From NCBI GenBank assembly GCA_963704725.1, contig OY969934.1, forward strand, positions 1,792,001 to 1,856,000: a stretch of DNA of 64,000 nucleotides. Reading direction: 5' to 3'. This document shows positions 47,475-58,084 of the stretch, one piece after another. Position 1 is the stretch's first letter. Each line of letters opens with the position of its first letter. Below the pieces are notes generated by a model. That model saw only the letters and a list, made by a program, of their open reading frames with translations, was not told the DNA's origin and searched no databases. Source of the DNA: an uncultured Actinomycetes bacterium. GTDB taxonomy: Bacteria > Actinomycetota > UBA4738 > HRBIN12. The translations under genes were made by a program, and so were the position numbers.

Positions 47475-48835
47475 TCGCCCGGGCGCTGTCCGAGCTCGCG
47501 GCGGCCGTGGACGGCCGGCTGCGCGGCCAGGATCGGGTCGCGACGTCGGTGGCGACCGACACGCGACGGCTCGAGCCCGGCGCGCTCTTCGTGGCGCTTC
47601 GCGGTGAGCGGGCGGACGGCCACGCCTACGTCGGGGCCGCGTTCGAGGGGGGCGCCGTGGGCGCGCTGGTCGAGCGGCCCGACGGCGACCTCGGGCCGGC
47701 GATCGAGGTGCCGGACACCGGCCGGGCCCTGTTGGAGCTCGGGGCGGACGAACGCCGGCGCATGCCGACGGCGACGGTGGTCGGCATCACGGGGGCAAAC
47801 GGCAAGACGTCGACGAAGGACCTCGCGGCCGCCGTGCTGGGGACGCGGTTCCGCACCCACGCCAGCCCGGCGTCGTTCAACAACGAGATCGGCGTCCCCA
47901 TGACGCTGCTCGGGACGGAACCCGGCGCCGAGGTCGTGGTGGTCGAGCTCGGCGCGCGGCGGGAGGGGGACGTGGCGGCGCTCTGCGAGCTGGCCCGGCC
48001 GAGCGTCGTCGCGGTGACGAACATCGGGGTCGCGCATCTGGGGATCTTCGGTTCGTGGGAGGCGATCGTCCGTGCCGGCGCGGAACCGCTGGCGCGACTC
48101 GGCCCCGACGACGTCGCGATCCTGAACGCCGACGACCCGGTCGTTCGGGGGTACGAAGCGACGACGCGGGCCCGGGTCATCACGTTCGGGGTCGATGCCG
48201 ACGCCGACGTGCGGGGATCGGGGGTCGCGATGGGCGACGACGGCCGGGCGAGCTTCACCCTCGAGGCCGGGGACGAGCGCGAGCGCGTCGAGCTGGCGGT
48301 CCCGGGCGAGCACATGGTGCCGAATGCCCTCGCCGCCGCGGCCTGTGGGACCGCGCTCGGGCTCTCGACGGCGGAGTGCGCGGTCGCGCTCAAGGGGGCG
48401 AAGGTCTCCGCGTGGCGGATGGAGACGTTCACGACCGCCGCCGGCACGACGATCCTGAACGACGCCTACAACGCGAACCCGGAGTCGATGGCGGCGGGGC
48501 TGAAGACCGCCCGGTGGATCGCCCGCGCCGGCCGGCTGGCGGCCGTCCTGGGGCACATGGCCGAGCTCGGTCCGATCGCGTTCGACGAGCACGAGCGGCT
48601 CGGCGAGCTCGTGGTCCGCATCGGTGTCGAGCGGCTGGTCACCGTGGGCGACGAGGCCGAGGCGATCGCGCGCGCCGCGATCCGCGAGGGCCTGCTCCCC
48701 GGCGACGTCGCCGTCTGCGCCAATGCCGCCGAGGCCGTGACCGATATCGAGTCGTGGGCTCGCGACGGCGACGTCGTGCTGATCAAAGGGTCCCGGGTCG
48801 TCGGACTGGAGCGCGTGGCGGAGGCGCTGCGATGA
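47471..48835 (+). CDS. murF: UDP-MurNAc-tripeptide:D-Ala-D-Ala ligase
   Basis: GITGANGKT, SFNNEIGVP, DAYNANP, MAELG, KGSR. Confidence 0.95.
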   Translation: MIARALSELAAAVDGRLRGQDRVATSVATDTRRLEPGALFVALRGERADGHAYVGAAFEGGAVGALVERPDGDLGPAIEVPDTGRALLELGADERRRMPTATVVGITGANGKTSTKDLAAAVLGTRFRTHASPASFNNEIGVPMTLLGTEPGAEVVVVELGARREGDVAALCELARPSVVAVTNIGVAHLGIFGSWEAIVRAGAEPLARLGPDDVAILNADDPVVRGYEATTRARVITFGVDADADVRGSGVAMGDDGRASFTLEAGDERERVELAVPGEHMVPNALAAAACGTALGLSTAECAVALKGAKVSAWRMETFTTAAGTTILNDAYNANPESMAAGLKTARWIARAGRLAAVLGHMAELGPIAFDEHERLGELVVRIGVERLVTVGDEAEAIARAAIREGLLPGDVAVCANAAEAVTDIESWARDGDVVLIKGSRVVGLERVAEALR

Positions 48836-49884
48836 GACAGATCCTCATCGCGGCGGCCGTCGGGCTCGCGGTGACCCTGCTCGGGACGCCGTTCGCGATC
48901 CGCGCGTTCCGCCTGTGGGGCTGGGGGCAGCGGATCCGCGAGGACGGGCCGCACACGCATCTGGAGAAGATGGGGACGCCCACGATGGGTGGCATCGTCA
49001 TGCTGATCGGCATCGTCGCGGCCTACCTGGTCACGCGCATCGTCTTCCACACGGTGACCGCGGCCGGCCTGGCCGTCCTGCTCGCGACGATCCTGTTCGG
49101 CGTCCTCGGGTTCGTCGACGACTACATCAAGGTCCGCCGGAGGCGGTCATTGGGGCTGTCCAAGACGGCGAAGTCGATCGGGCAGGCCGTGGTCGCGGTC
49201 GTGTTCGGGATCATCGCGGTCCAGGCCGCCGACGTCCCCACCGCCCTGTCGTTCGTGCGGGAGACGGGGTTCGACCTCGGCGTCGTGTTCTACGTGTGGG
49301 TGTTCGTGATCCTGTGGGGGTCCTCCAACGGCGTGAACCTCACCGACGGCCTGGACGGGCTCGCGTCGGGCTCGTCGATCCTGGTGCTGTCCGGCTACGT
49401 GTTCATCGCGTTCTGGCAGTTCCGGCACACGTGCGCGCTCGTCCCGGGAGACGCGTGCTACGGGGTCGATGTGAACGCCGCGCTCGACACCGCGATCATC
49501 GCCGCCGCAGCGGCCGGGGCGGCGGCCGGGTTCCTGTGGTGGAACGCGGCCCCCGCGCGCATCTTCATGGGCGACACCGGCGCGCTCGCGCTGGGCGGCC
49601 TCATCGGCGCGCTCGCCATCGTGACGAACACCCAGCTCCTGCTGATCATCCTGGGCGGCCTGTTCGTGATCGAGACCACCTCGGTGATGGCGCAGGTGAT
49701 CGCGTTCCGCGGGTTCGGCCGGCGCATCTTCCGCATGTCGCCGATCCACCATCACTTCGAGCTGGCAGGCTGGCCCGAGTTCACGGTGATCGTCCGCTTC
49801 TGGATCGTCACGGGGCTCTGCGTGGCCGTGGGGATCGGCCTGTTCTACACGGACTTCGTGGCCCGCGGAGGTGGGACGGGATGA
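48832..49884 (+). CDS. mraY: Phospho-MurNAc-pentapeptide transferase
   Basis: KMGTPTMGG, DDYIK, NLTDGLDGL, FMGDTG, PIHHHFE. Confidence 0.96.
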   Translation: MRQILIAAAVGLAVTLLGTPFAIRAFRLWGWGQRIREDGPHTHLEKMGTPTMGGIVMLIGIVAAYLVTRIVFHTVTAAGLAVLLATILFGVLGFVDDYIKVRRRRSLGLSKTAKSIGQAVVAVVFGIIAVQAADVPTALSFVRETGFDLGVVFYVWVFVILWGSSNGVNLTDGLDGLASGSSILVLSGYVFIAFWQFRHTCALVPGDACYGVDVNAALDTAIIAAAAAGAAAGFLWWNAAPARIFMGDTGALALGGLIGALAIVTNTQLLLIILGGLFVIETTSVMAQVIAFRGFGRRIFRMSPIHHHFELAGWPEFTVIVRFWIVTGLCVAVGIGLFYTDFVARGGGTG

Positions 49885-51218
49885 CCGGCGCGTTCGCGGG
49901 AGAGCGGGCCGTCGTCGTGGGACTCGGCGTGGCCGGCGCCGCGGCCGCCCGCGTCCTGGCCGAGGAGGGTGCCCGGGTCTGGGTCACCGAGACCCGGCCC
50001 GACGTCGAGATCCCGGCGGAGCTCACGGCGCTCGGGATCGAGGTGGCCGCCGGAGGGCACGAGGTCGCCCACCTCGACGGCGCGACGCTCGTGGTGGTGA
50101 GCCCGGGCGTGGCGCCGAGCGCCCCGATCGTGGCGTGGGCACGGGAGCAGGGGCTGCCGGTTTGGGGGGAGCTCGAGCTCGGGGCGCGCCTGGCGCGCGC
50201 GCCGTACCTCGCCGTGACCGGGACGAACGGCAAGACCACAACGACCGGGATGATCGCCGCCTGCCTCCGCGCCGCCGGCGTCGACGCCGTGGCGTGCGGG
50301 AACATCGGGCGTGCCTTCCCCGCGGCCGCGCGCGAGGAGCACGAGGCGCTCGTGGTCGAGTGCTCCTCGTTCCAGCTCGAGACGCAGGTGACGTTTCACC
50401 CGCGCGTGTCGGTGCTCCTGAACGTCGCGGCCGATCACCTCGACTGGCACGGGTCCTTCGAGCGCTACGTGGCCGCCAAGGCCCGGGTGTTCGCCAACCA
50501 GGACGACGGCGACGCGCACGTCGGCAACCGGGACGACGGCCGCGCCGCAGCGCTCTCGCGGAGCGCGCCGTGCGCGACCACGTGGTTCACGCTCGGCGAG
50601 CCGGCGGATGGCGAGGTCGGGTTCGCGGGCGAGGCGATGCTGGCTCCGGGCCGGAGCGAGGAGACGATCGGCGCGCTCCCGTTCGACACGCCGGCGATGC
50701 GGGCCGACGCCGCCGCCTGCGCCGCCGCCTGTTTCGCGTTCGGCGTCGGGACCGAGGCGATCCGCACCGGGCTGGCCGCGTTCGTGCCGGCCCGGCACCG
50801 GGGAGAGAGGGTCGCCGTCGCCGGCGGCGTTCGGTTCGTCGACAACTCCAAGGCGACGAACCCCCACGCCACCCTGGCCGCGGTCGGCGCCGGGCGGGGG
50901 GTCGTGCTGATCGCCGGCGGAGACGCCAAGGGCGTCGACCTGTCGCCGATCGGGGCGCTCGCTGACCGGCTGGCCGGCGTCGTGGCGATCGGGGCCTCGG
51001 GGGCCGAGGTGGTCGGCCTGTTCGACGGGCGGGTGCCGACCCGCAAGGCGGGGTCGATCGAGGAGGCGGCGCGGACCGCCTTCGAGCTCGCCCCGCCGGA
51101 CGGCACCGTGCTGCTCGCCCCGGCCTGTGCGAGCTGGGACATGTTCCGCGACTACGAGGAGCGGGGCGACCGGTTCGCGGCCGAGGCGAGGGCGATCGAG
51201 CGGGAGGTGCGCCGGTGA
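49881..51218 (+). CDS. murD: UDP-MurNAc-L-Ala:D-Glu ligase
   Basis: SPG, TGTNGKTTT, SSFQL, DHLDWH, NSKATN, PACASWDMF..YEERG. Confidence 0.95.
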   Translation: MTGAFAGERAVVVGLGVAGAAAARVLAEEGARVWVTETRPDVEIPAELTALGIEVAAGGHEVAHLDGATLVVVSPGVAPSAPIVAWAREQGLPVWGELELGARLARAPYLAVTGTNGKTTTTGMIAACLRAAGVDAVACGNIGRAFPAAAREEHEALVVECSSFQLETQVTFHPRVSVLLNVAADHLDWHGSFERYVAAKARVFANQDDGDAHVGNRDDGRAAALSRSAPCATTWFTLGEPADGEVGFAGEAMLAPGRSEETIGALPFDTPAMRADAAACAAACFAFGVGTEAIRTGLAAFVPARHRGERVAVAGGVRFVDNSKATNPHATLAAVGAGRGVVLIAGGDAKGVDLSPIGALADRLAGVVAIGASGAEVVGLFDGRVPTRKAGSIEEAARTAFELAPPDGTVLLAPACASWDMFRDYEERGDRFAAEARAIEREVRR

Positions 51219-52426
51219 GCGCCGAGGCGCTTCCGGCTGGGCGCCCCCGGCATCTGCGGGTCGTCCGCGACCGCGTCGTCGGCGGGACGTCGCGTAGCCG
51301 GGCGGCCACGCGGCGGACGCTGGCGCTGCTCCTGGGCTCCACGGCGTTCCTCGTCGCCGGCGGCCTGATCATGGTGCTGTCCGCGAGCTCCATCTCGGCG
51401 TTCGCCGAACACGGCGATTCCTTCCGGTACTTCCAGCGGCAGGCGGCCTATGCGCTCGTGGGCGTCGGCGCGCTGTGGCTCACCTCGCGGATGCGCTACG
51501 ACGTCTGGCGCCGGCTCGCGCTGCCGTTCCTCGCACTCACCCTGGCCATGCTCGTGCTCGTCCTGCATCCCGCCTCCGGGGTCGAGGTCTACGGCGCGTC
51601 GCGGTGGTTCCAGCTCGGCCCCGTGACGGTGCAGCCGTCCGAGATCGCGAAGCTGTGCCTCGTCGTGTTCGCGGCGGCCGTGCTGTCGAAGAAGTGGGGG
51701 AAGCTGGACGAGGTGGGCCACCTGGCGGTGCCGCTGCTGCCCGTCGGGCTGCTCGTGTGCGGCCTCGTCATGCTGCAGCCGGACCTCGGCACCACCGTGG
51801 TGATCGCGGGGTCCATCCTGCTGCTGCTGTTCGTGGCGGGGGTCCGGCTCCGGTACCTGACGGTGGCGGGCGTGGTGGGTTCCCTGGTGGGGATGGCGCT
51901 GATCCTGTCCGCCGACTACCGACGGGAGCGGTTCCTGGCCTTCCTGCATCCGTGGCAGGACGCGAGGGACAGCGGCTGGCAGCTCGCCCAGTCGCTGATC
52001 GCGTTGGGGTCCGGGGGGCTCACCGGCGTCGGACTCGGCGCGTCCCGCGCCAAGTGGCAGTACGTCCCGAACGCCCACACCGACTTCATCTTCTCGATCC
52101 TCGGCGAGGAGCTCGGGCTGATCGGCGAGGTCGTCGTGCTCGCGGCGTTCGCCGCCTTCATCTTCGCTGGGATCCGCATCGCCGCCGGCGCCCGCGACGT
52201 GTTCGGCCGCCTGCTCGCGGCCGGCGTCGTGTGCTGGTTCGGCCTCCAGACGCTCGTGAACCTGGGCGCCGTGACCGGGCTCCTGCCGATCACCGGCGTG
52301 CCCCTGCCGTTCCTGTCCTACGGCGGGTCCTCGCTCGTGGTCTCGCTGGCGGCCGTGGGCATCCTCGTCAACATCGCGCGCGCGCCGGCGCCGGCCGCAC
52401 ACAAGGGGAGGGCACGGGCGGCGTGA
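51215..52426 (+). CDS. ftsW: SEDS glycosyltransferase FtsW
   Basis: GASRW, QPSE.AK, QPDLGT, HTDFIF..GEELG, TGVPLPFLSYGGSS. Confidence 0.96.
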   Translation: MSAEALPAGRPRHLRVVRDRVVGGTSRSRAATRRTLALLLGSTAFLVAGGLIMVLSASSISAFAEHGDSFRYFQRQAAYALVGVGALWLTSRMRYDVWRRLALPFLALTLAMLVLVLHPASGVEVYGASRWFQLGPVTVQPSEIAKLCLVVFAAAVLSKKWGKLDEVGHLAVPLLPVGLLVCGLVMLQPDLGTTVVIAGSILLLLFVAGVRLRYLTVAGVVGSLVGMALILSADYRRERFLAFLHPWQDARDSGWQLAQSLIALGSGGLTGVGLGASRAKWQYVPNAHTDFIFSILGEELGLIGEVVVLAAFAAFIFAGIRIAAGARDVFGRLLAAGVVCWFGLQTLVNLGAVTGLLPITGVPLPFLSYGGSSLVVSLAAVGILVNIARAPAPAAHKGRARAA

Positions 52427-53520
52427 GGGTCCTGATCGCGGGGGGCGGAACGGCGGGGCACGTCTTCCCCGGCCTGGCGGTCGCGCGGCACCTCGCCGCT
52501 CTCGGCCACGACGTGCGCTTCGCCGGCACGGCGGCAGGCCAGGAGGCTCGTCTGGTCCCCGCGGCCGGGTTCGAGCTCGCCGAGGTCGAGGCGGCCCCGC
52601 TCGTGCGCAAGCTCTCCGTCCGCTCCGCGATGGCGCCGGTCGTCGCCGCGCGGTCGGTCGGCCGGTGCCGCCCCCTCGTCGAGTCCGCCGACGTCGTCCT
52701 CGGCATGGGCGGCTACGTCAGCGTGCCCGTGGCGCTCGCGGCGATCCGCGCCCGCCGCCCCCTGGTCCTGCACGAGCAGAACGCGGTTCCGGGGTTGGCG
52801 AACCGGACGTTGGCGCGCCCGGCTCGAGCCGTGGCCGTGGCGTTCGCGGCGGCGGCTCGGGGGTTCCCCCGGCGAGCCCGAACCGTGGTGACCGGCAACC
52901 CCGTCCGCGAGGACGTCCTGGCCGTGCCGGTGGAACGCGAGCGACTGGCGAAGGAGGCGGCGACCGAGCTGGAGCTCGACCCCGACCTTCGGACGGTCGT
53001 CGTCTTCGGAGGGAGCCAGGGGGCCCTGCACCTGAACCGCGCGTTCGTCGAGGCGGTCCGTGGCCTCGCCCGGCGCGACGTGCAGCTGCTGCTGCTGGCC
53101 GGACCCGCGCACGCCGACGCCATCCGGGCGGCGATCTCCTCGGAGGTCCCGGTGCGTGTGCTCGCGTTCCTCGAGCGCATGGACCTCGCGTACGCGATCG
53201 CCGACCTCGTGGTGGCGCGGGCGGGAGCGACCACCGTCGCGGAGGTGTCCGTCTGCGGCATCCCCTCGATCCTGATCCCGTATCCGTACGCGACCGGCCG
53301 GCATCAGGAGGCGAACGCTCGGGTGCTCCAGCGCGCCGGCGCCGCGTCGATCCTCATGGACGACGACCTGGACGGGGCGGTTTTGGCCGAACGCGTCGAA
53401 GCGATGCTCGACGACGAGGCCGGCCTGCGGGCGATGGGCCGGCGCGCAGCGGAGTGGTCCCGGCCGGACGCCGCGACGGCGGTGGGAGAGGTCGTGCTGA
53501 ACGCGGGGGCGGCGGGATGA
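52423..53520 (+). CDS. murG: Lipid II GlcNAc transferase
   Basis: GGGTAGHVFP, GGYVS, HEQN, GNPVR, GGSQGA, RAGA, HQEANA. Confidence 0.96.
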   Translation: MRVLIAGGGTAGHVFPGLAVARHLAALGHDVRFAGTAAGQEARLVPAAGFELAEVEAAPLVRKLSVRSAMAPVVAARSVGRCRPLVESADVVLGMGGYVSVPVALAAIRARRPLVLHEQNAVPGLANRTLARPARAVAVAFAAAARGFPRRARTVVTGNPVREDVLAVPVERERLAKEAATELELDPDLRTVVVFGGSQGALHLNRAFVEAVRGLARRDVQLLLLAGPAHADAIRAAISSEVPVRVLAFLERMDLAYAIADLVVARAGATTVAEVSVCGIPSILIPYPYATGRHQEANARVLQRAGAASILMDDDLDGAVLAERVEAMLDDEAGLRAMGRRAAEWSRPDAATAVGEVVLNAGAAG

Positions 53521-54938
53521 GCGCCTACGTGGCCCGGCCCGGGACGATCCCCACGCTCGACGTCCCGGACCTGTCGGCCGTGCGCCGCGTCCACATGATC
53601 GGCGTGGGCGGGGCCGGGATGCGGAACCTGGCCCGCCTGTTCCTCGCGCGGGGCATCGGCGTGACCGGTTCCGACATGAAGGACTCCAAAGGTCTGGCCG
53701 AGCTCGCCCGGTCCGGGGCGTCGGTGTCGGTGGGCCACGCCGCGGAGCAGGTCGGCGACGCCGACGCCGTCGTGATCTCGAGCGCGATCCGCGAGAGCAA
53801 CCCCGAGCTCGTCCAGGCCCGCCGTCGCGGCATCCCGGTCTGGATGCGAGCGCAGGCGCTCGCCGCGGCCGCCGCCGAGCATCGGGCGATCGCGGTCGCC
53901 GGAACGCACGGCAAGACCACCACCACCTCGATGGTGGCCCTGGTCCTGGAGCGGGCGGGGCTCGATCCCACGTACGTGATCGGCGGCGACCCCAACGAGA
54001 CCGGCAGCGGGGGGCGCTCCGGTCGCGGCGACCTGTTCGTCGCCGAGGCCGACGAGAGCGACGGCTCCTTCCTGTTGATGCGCCCCGCGGTGGGGATCGT
54101 GACGAACGTCGAGCTCGATCACGTCGACTTCTTCCCGGGGGGTCTCGCCGAGATCGAGAGCGCGTTCACCGCCTTCGCGGAGCGGTGCCGTCACGTCGTC
54201 GTGTGCGCCGACGACGAACGGGCGGTTCGCTCGGTGCTCGCTGCGGGCGTGCCCACGACCACGTATGGCACGGCCGAAGGCGCGGACGTTCGTCTCCGTG
54301 TGGGATCCGCGGGACCGGGCGGGGCCACCGGCGAGCTCACCGTGGGGGCCGAGCGTCTCGCCCTCCGGCTCCCGGTCGACGGGGCCCACAACCTCCTGAA
54401 CGCCGCCGCCGCGGTGGCGTCGGCGATGGAGGTCGGGGTCCGGCCGGCGGTCGCGGTGGAGGCCCTGACCGGATTCGCCGGGGTGCACCGCCGCTTCGAG
54501 CTCCGGGGCTCGGTCCGGGGCGCCGACTTCTACGACGACTACGGCCACGTGCCGACCGAGCTCGCCGTGACGCTCGGCGTGGCCCGCCGAACCGGCCCGC
54601 GCCGGCTGGTCGCGGTCTTCCAGCCGCACCGGTACGCCAGGACGCAGGCGCTGTGGCGGGAGCTCGGCGAGAGCCTCGTCGAGGCGGACCTCGTCGTGGT
54701 CACCGACGTGTACGGAGCCGCGCAGGATCCGATCCCCGGCGTGACGGGCAAGCTCGTCGTTCGCGGGATCGGCGCGGCCGCGCCGAGCAAGCGCGTGGTC
54801 TACCTCCCACACCGGGGCGACGTCGTCGAGTTCTTGGACCGAGAGGTCCGGGCCGGCGACCTGGTGATCACGATGGGGTGCGGCGACGTCTGGATGCTCG
54901 GCGACGCCGCCCTGGAGCGGATCTCGGGGTCGGCGTGA
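53517..54938 (+). CDS. murC: UDP-MurNAc:L-Ala ligase
   Basis: GVGGAGM, AGTHGKTTTT, EADESDGSF, DDYGH, FQPHRY. Confidence 0.96.
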   Translation: MSAYVARPGTIPTLDVPDLSAVRRVHMIGVGGAGMRNLARLFLARGIGVTGSDMKDSKGLAELARSGASVSVGHAAEQVGDADAVVISSAIRESNPELVQARRRGIPVWMRAQALAAAAAEHRAIAVAGTHGKTTTTSMVALVLERAGLDPTYVIGGDPNETGSGGRSGRGDLFVAEADESDGSFLLMRPAVGIVTNVELDHVDFFPGGLAEIESAFTAFAERCRHVVVCADDERAVRSVLAAGVPTTTYGTAEGADVRLRVGSAGPGGATGELTVGAERLALRLPVDGAHNLLNAAAAVASAMEVGVRPAVAVEALTGFAGVHRRFELRGSVRGADFYDDYGHVPTELAVTLGVARRTGPRRLVAVFQPHRYARTQALWRELGESLVEADLVVVTDVYGAAQDPIPGVTGKLVVRGIGAAAPSKRVVYLPHRGDVVEFLDREVRAGDLVITMGCGDVWMLGDAALERISGSA

Positions 54939-55867
54939 GCGACGGGCTCGAGCGGGCCGAGGCCGTCCTGCGCGCCGCGTGCGGCGACCGGGTGCGGACG
55001 GGATTCCGGCTCGCGCCGCTCACCACGTTCCGGATCGGAGGACCGGCCGCGCTGTTCCTGGAGCCCGAGTCCGAGGGCGACCTCGTGGCGTCGGCGGAGG
55101 CCGTTCGCGCCGGGGGCGTCCCCTTCGTCGTCCTCGGCAAAGGCTCCAACGTGCTCGTCGCGGACGAGGGGTTCCCCGGCCTCGTCCTGCGCCTGGGGCG
55201 GGGGTTCCGATGGGCGGCACGCGAGGGTGAGCGGCTTCGCGCCGGCGCGGCGATGCCCTTCCCGGCGCTCGCCGGGGTCGCCCTGTCCCACGGGCTGTCT
55301 GGGCTCGAGTTCGCCGTGGCCATCCCCGGGAGCGTGGGGGGAGCGGTTCGGATGAACGCCGGCGCGCACGGAGCCGAGTTGGCGGACGTCCTGGAGACGA
55401 TCGAGGTCTTCGAGCTCGAGCAGGGGCGGAGGCGGGCGATCCCGGTGGCCGAGGCCGGCTTCGCCTATCGGCGATCCGCGCTCCCGAGCGATGCCGTGGT
55501 GGTGGGCGCGACCGTCTCGCTCACGCCGGCCGACCGAGAGACGGTGCGCGCGAAGATGGACGACGCGCGGGAGCAGCGTCGGCGGACCCAGCCGCTCGCC
55601 GAGGCCAACTGCGGGAGCGTCTTCAAGAACCCGCCGGGAGACCACGCCGGCCGGCTCATCGACGAGGCGGGAGGCAAGGGCCTCCGCGTCGGCGGGGCGT
55701 CGATCTCCACGAAGCATGCGAACTTCATCGTCACGGCGGAGGGCGCCCGGGCGATGGACGTCCTCGAGCTGATCCGATCCGTGCAGGAGCTCGTCGCGGC
55801 CCGCTCCGGCATCCGACTCGAACCGGAGGTGCATCTCGTTGGCGACCTCGATCCCGCGTCGCGCTGA
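54935..55867 (+). CDS. murB: UDP-N-acetylenolpyruvoylglucosamine reductase
   Basis: TTFRIGGPA, GKGSNVL, IPGSVGGAVRMNAGA, GSVFKNP, KHANFI, LEPEV. Confidence 0.95.
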   Translation: MSDGLERAEAVLRAACGDRVRTGFRLAPLTTFRIGGPAALFLEPESEGDLVASAEAVRAGGVPFVVLGKGSNVLVADEGFPGLVLRLGRGFRWAAREGERLRAGAAMPFPALAGVALSHGLSGLEFAVAIPGSVGGAVRMNAGAHGAELADVLETIEVFELEQGRRRAIPVAEAGFAYRRSALPSDAVVVGATVSLTPADRETVRAKMDDAREQRRRTQPLAEANCGSVFKNPPGDHAGRLIDEAGGKGLRVGGASISTKHANFIVTAEGARAMDVLELIRSVQELVAARSGIRLEPEVHLVGDLDPASR

Positions 55868-56576
55868 CCCGGCTCGCCGTTCGGGCCTCGCATTCTGGGT
55901 CCTGCTGTCGATCGCCGTCGTGACCCTGGGGGTCGGCATGGTGCTGCTGTCCCGGTCCTCGATGCTCCACGCGCGGGACGTGGAGGTCACCGGGGCGTCG
56001 CATCTGTCGCGGGCGGAGATCGTGGAGACGGCGGCCGTGTCGAAGAAGTCGAACGTGCTGTGGCTGGACGAAGGCGCCGCCGAACGACGGCTCGAAGCCG
56101 ACGTATGGATCGCGGACGCGGACGTCCACGTGGCCCTGCCGTGGACGATCGAGATCGCCGTCGTGGAGCGAACGCCCATCGCCGTGGCGAGCGACGGGAC
56201 GCTGCAGACGCTCGTCGCCGCGGACGGGACCACGCTGGGGCCCGCCGGCCACTCGCAGGGCCTGGTCCGCATCGCGCTTCCTCCGCGAGTGATGCTCGAC
56301 GGTGGCAGCGAGTCGCCTCGCGGCGCCGCGCTCGCCCTCGGCTCGATGCCGGAGGAGCTGCGGGCCCAGGTCTCGTCGGTGACGGTGGCCGTGGGTGGAT
56401 CGCTGGAGGTTCGGCTTCGAGGCGGGGTCTCCGTCCGGTACGGCTCGGCCACCGAGGTTTGGCGCAAGGCCGAGATCCTGGGGCAGATCCTGGAGTGGGC
56501 AACGGCGCTCGGAGAGGCCGTGGCGAAGGTCGACCTGGTCGCGCCCGAGGCGCCGGCGGTCGTGCTGGCCTCGTAG
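55839..56576 (+). CDS. ftsQ: Cell division protein FtsQ/DivIB
   Basis: TM helix, POTRA domain, ERTP.A, C-terminal VDLVAPEAP; TTG after GGAGGTG; position before ftsZ. Confidence 0.88.
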   Translation: MATSIPRRADPARRSGLAFWVLLSIAVVTLGVGMVLLSRSSMLHARDVEVTGASHLSRAEIVETAAVSKKSNVLWLDEGAAERRLEADVWIADADVHVALPWTIEIAVVERTPIAVASDGTLQTLVAADGTTLGPAGHSQGLVRIALPPRVMLDGGSESPRGAALALGSMPEELRAQVSSVTVAVGGSLEVRLRGGVSVRYGSATEVWRKAEILGQILEWATALGEAVAKVDLVAPEAPAVVLAS

Positions 56577-56628
56577 TCGCGGGGTTCGGGAACTGTCACC
56601 CGTTCGTGCAATCGCCGTTCGTCGTCTA

Positions 56629-56745
56629 TTGACGGACCTGCGGTTTACGAGTAGCGTGCCGTATCAACGTGAAGTAGATATAACAATGAACTTCCAGTTG
56701 ACGTTTACGGTTCAAGCACGACACGGCACCATGACGAGACACGAT
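56629..56745 (+). promoter_or_regulatory. ftsZ promoter and operator region
   Basis: TTGACG-17-TAGCGT (56629/56652); AT-rich dyad TCAAC..GTTGA; two GACACG motifs at 56720 and 56738. Confidence 0.6.
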
Positions 56746-56827
56746 CCACAGGAGAGGTTCAGGGAGACAGTACGGCGTTTCCCCAGGTAGTCCGGGGGGC
56801 ATCACCACCCGGGGAGCGGAGGTCGCA

Positions 56828-58003
56828 GTGATGGATTCTCCTCAGAACTACCTCGCCGTCATCAAGGTCATCGGCATCGGCGGCGGGGGCGTCAACGCGG
56901 TCAACCGCATGATCGAGGGCGGGCTGCGGGGCGTCGAGTTCATCGCGGTCAACACCGACGCGCAGACCCTGTTGATGTCCGACGCGGAGGTGAAGCTCGA
57001 CATCGGACGGGAGACCACGCGAGGACTGGGCGCGGGGTCGGACCCGGACGTCGGTCGCCGCGCGGCCGACGAGCACGCCGACGAGATCGAGGAGATCCTC
57101 AAGGGCTCGGACATGGTCTTCATCACCGCCGGCGAAGGTGGCGGGACGGGGACCGGAGGCGCGCCGATCGTGGCCGAGCTCGCCCGGAACCTGGGCGCGC
57201 TGACGATCGGCGTCGTGACCCGTCCGTTCGGGTTCGAGGGGCGCAAGCGCGCCACGCAGGCCGACATGGGGATCAGCGACCTGAAGAAGGCCGTGGACAC
57301 CCTCATCGTGGTTCCCAACGACCGACTGCTCCAGGTGTCGGAGCCGCAGACGCCGATGGTCGACGCATTCCGCATGGCGGACCAGGTGCTGTTCCAAGGC
57401 GTCGACGGCATCACCTCGCTCATCACGACGCCCGGGCTGATCAACCTCGACTTCGCGGACGTCAAGTCCGTGATGACCGGCGCCGGCTCGGCGCTCATGG
57501 GGATCGGTCACGGTTCGGGAGACGACCGAGCGGAGGAGGCGGCGAAGGCGGCCATCAGCTCTCCGCTCCTCGAGTCCTCGATCGAGGGCGCCCGTGGCGT
57601 CCTGCTGTCGATCTCGGGGCCGACCGACCTGACGCTGCACGAGGTCAACAAGGCGGCCGACCACATCACGAGGGTGGCGCACCCCGACGCGAACATCATC
57701 TTCGGCGCCGTTGTCGACGACGCGCTCGGGGAGGAGGTCCGCGTCACCGTCATCGCGGCGGGATTCGACAAGCTCATGGCCGCGCCGACCGGCGTGCAGT
57801 TCGAGAGCCGTCTGTCCCGCCTGCTGGAGGAGCCCGAGGGCCTGCGCCCCGAGCCGATGCCGGCGCCGGCGGCCGAGGGGGTTCGCGAGCCCGTGCCCTC
57901 GATCCTGGTCGAGGAGGAGGACGAGATCTTCCGACAGACGCCCGAACCCGTGTCCTTCGACGCCGAGGAGGACCTGGACATCCCGGACTTCCTGAAGAGC
58001 TAG
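56828..58003 (+). CDS. ftsZ: Cell division protein FtsZ
   Basis: [27 protein letters not shown]-terminal LDIPDFLK. Confidence 0.98.
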   Translation: MMDSPQNYLAVIKVIGIGGGGVNAVNRMIEGGLRGVEFIAVNTDAQTLLMSDAEVKLDIGRETTRGLGAGSDPDVGRRAADEHADEIEEILKGSDMVFITAGEGGGTGTGGAPIVAELARNLGALTIGVVTRPFGFEGRKRATQADMGISDLKKAVDTLIVVPNDRLLQVSEPQTPMVDAFRMADQVLFQGVDGITSLITTPGLINLDFADVKSVMTGAGSALMGIGHGSGDDRAEEAAKAAISSPLLESSIEGARGVLLSISGPTDLTLHEVNKAADHITRVAHPDANIIFGAVVDDALGEEVRVTVIAAGFDKLMAAPTGVQFESRLSRLLEEPEGLRPEPMPAPAAEGVREPVPSILVEEEDEIFRQTPEPVSFDAEEDLDIPDFLKS

Positions 58004-58005
58004 GG

Positions 58006-58084
58006 GTCGTGGGGACGGAGACGATCGAGGGTCGAGAGGCGTCCTTCCCCCGCCTCTGGGCCCGGTCTCCGTCCCCGCCACGAC
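58006..58084 (+). terminator. Long hairpin after ftsZ (terminator or stabiliser)
   Basis: 12-bp arms GGGGACGGAGAC/GTCTCCGTCCCC, inner 7-bp stem, loop TCCTTCCCC; no U-tract. Confidence 0.5.
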
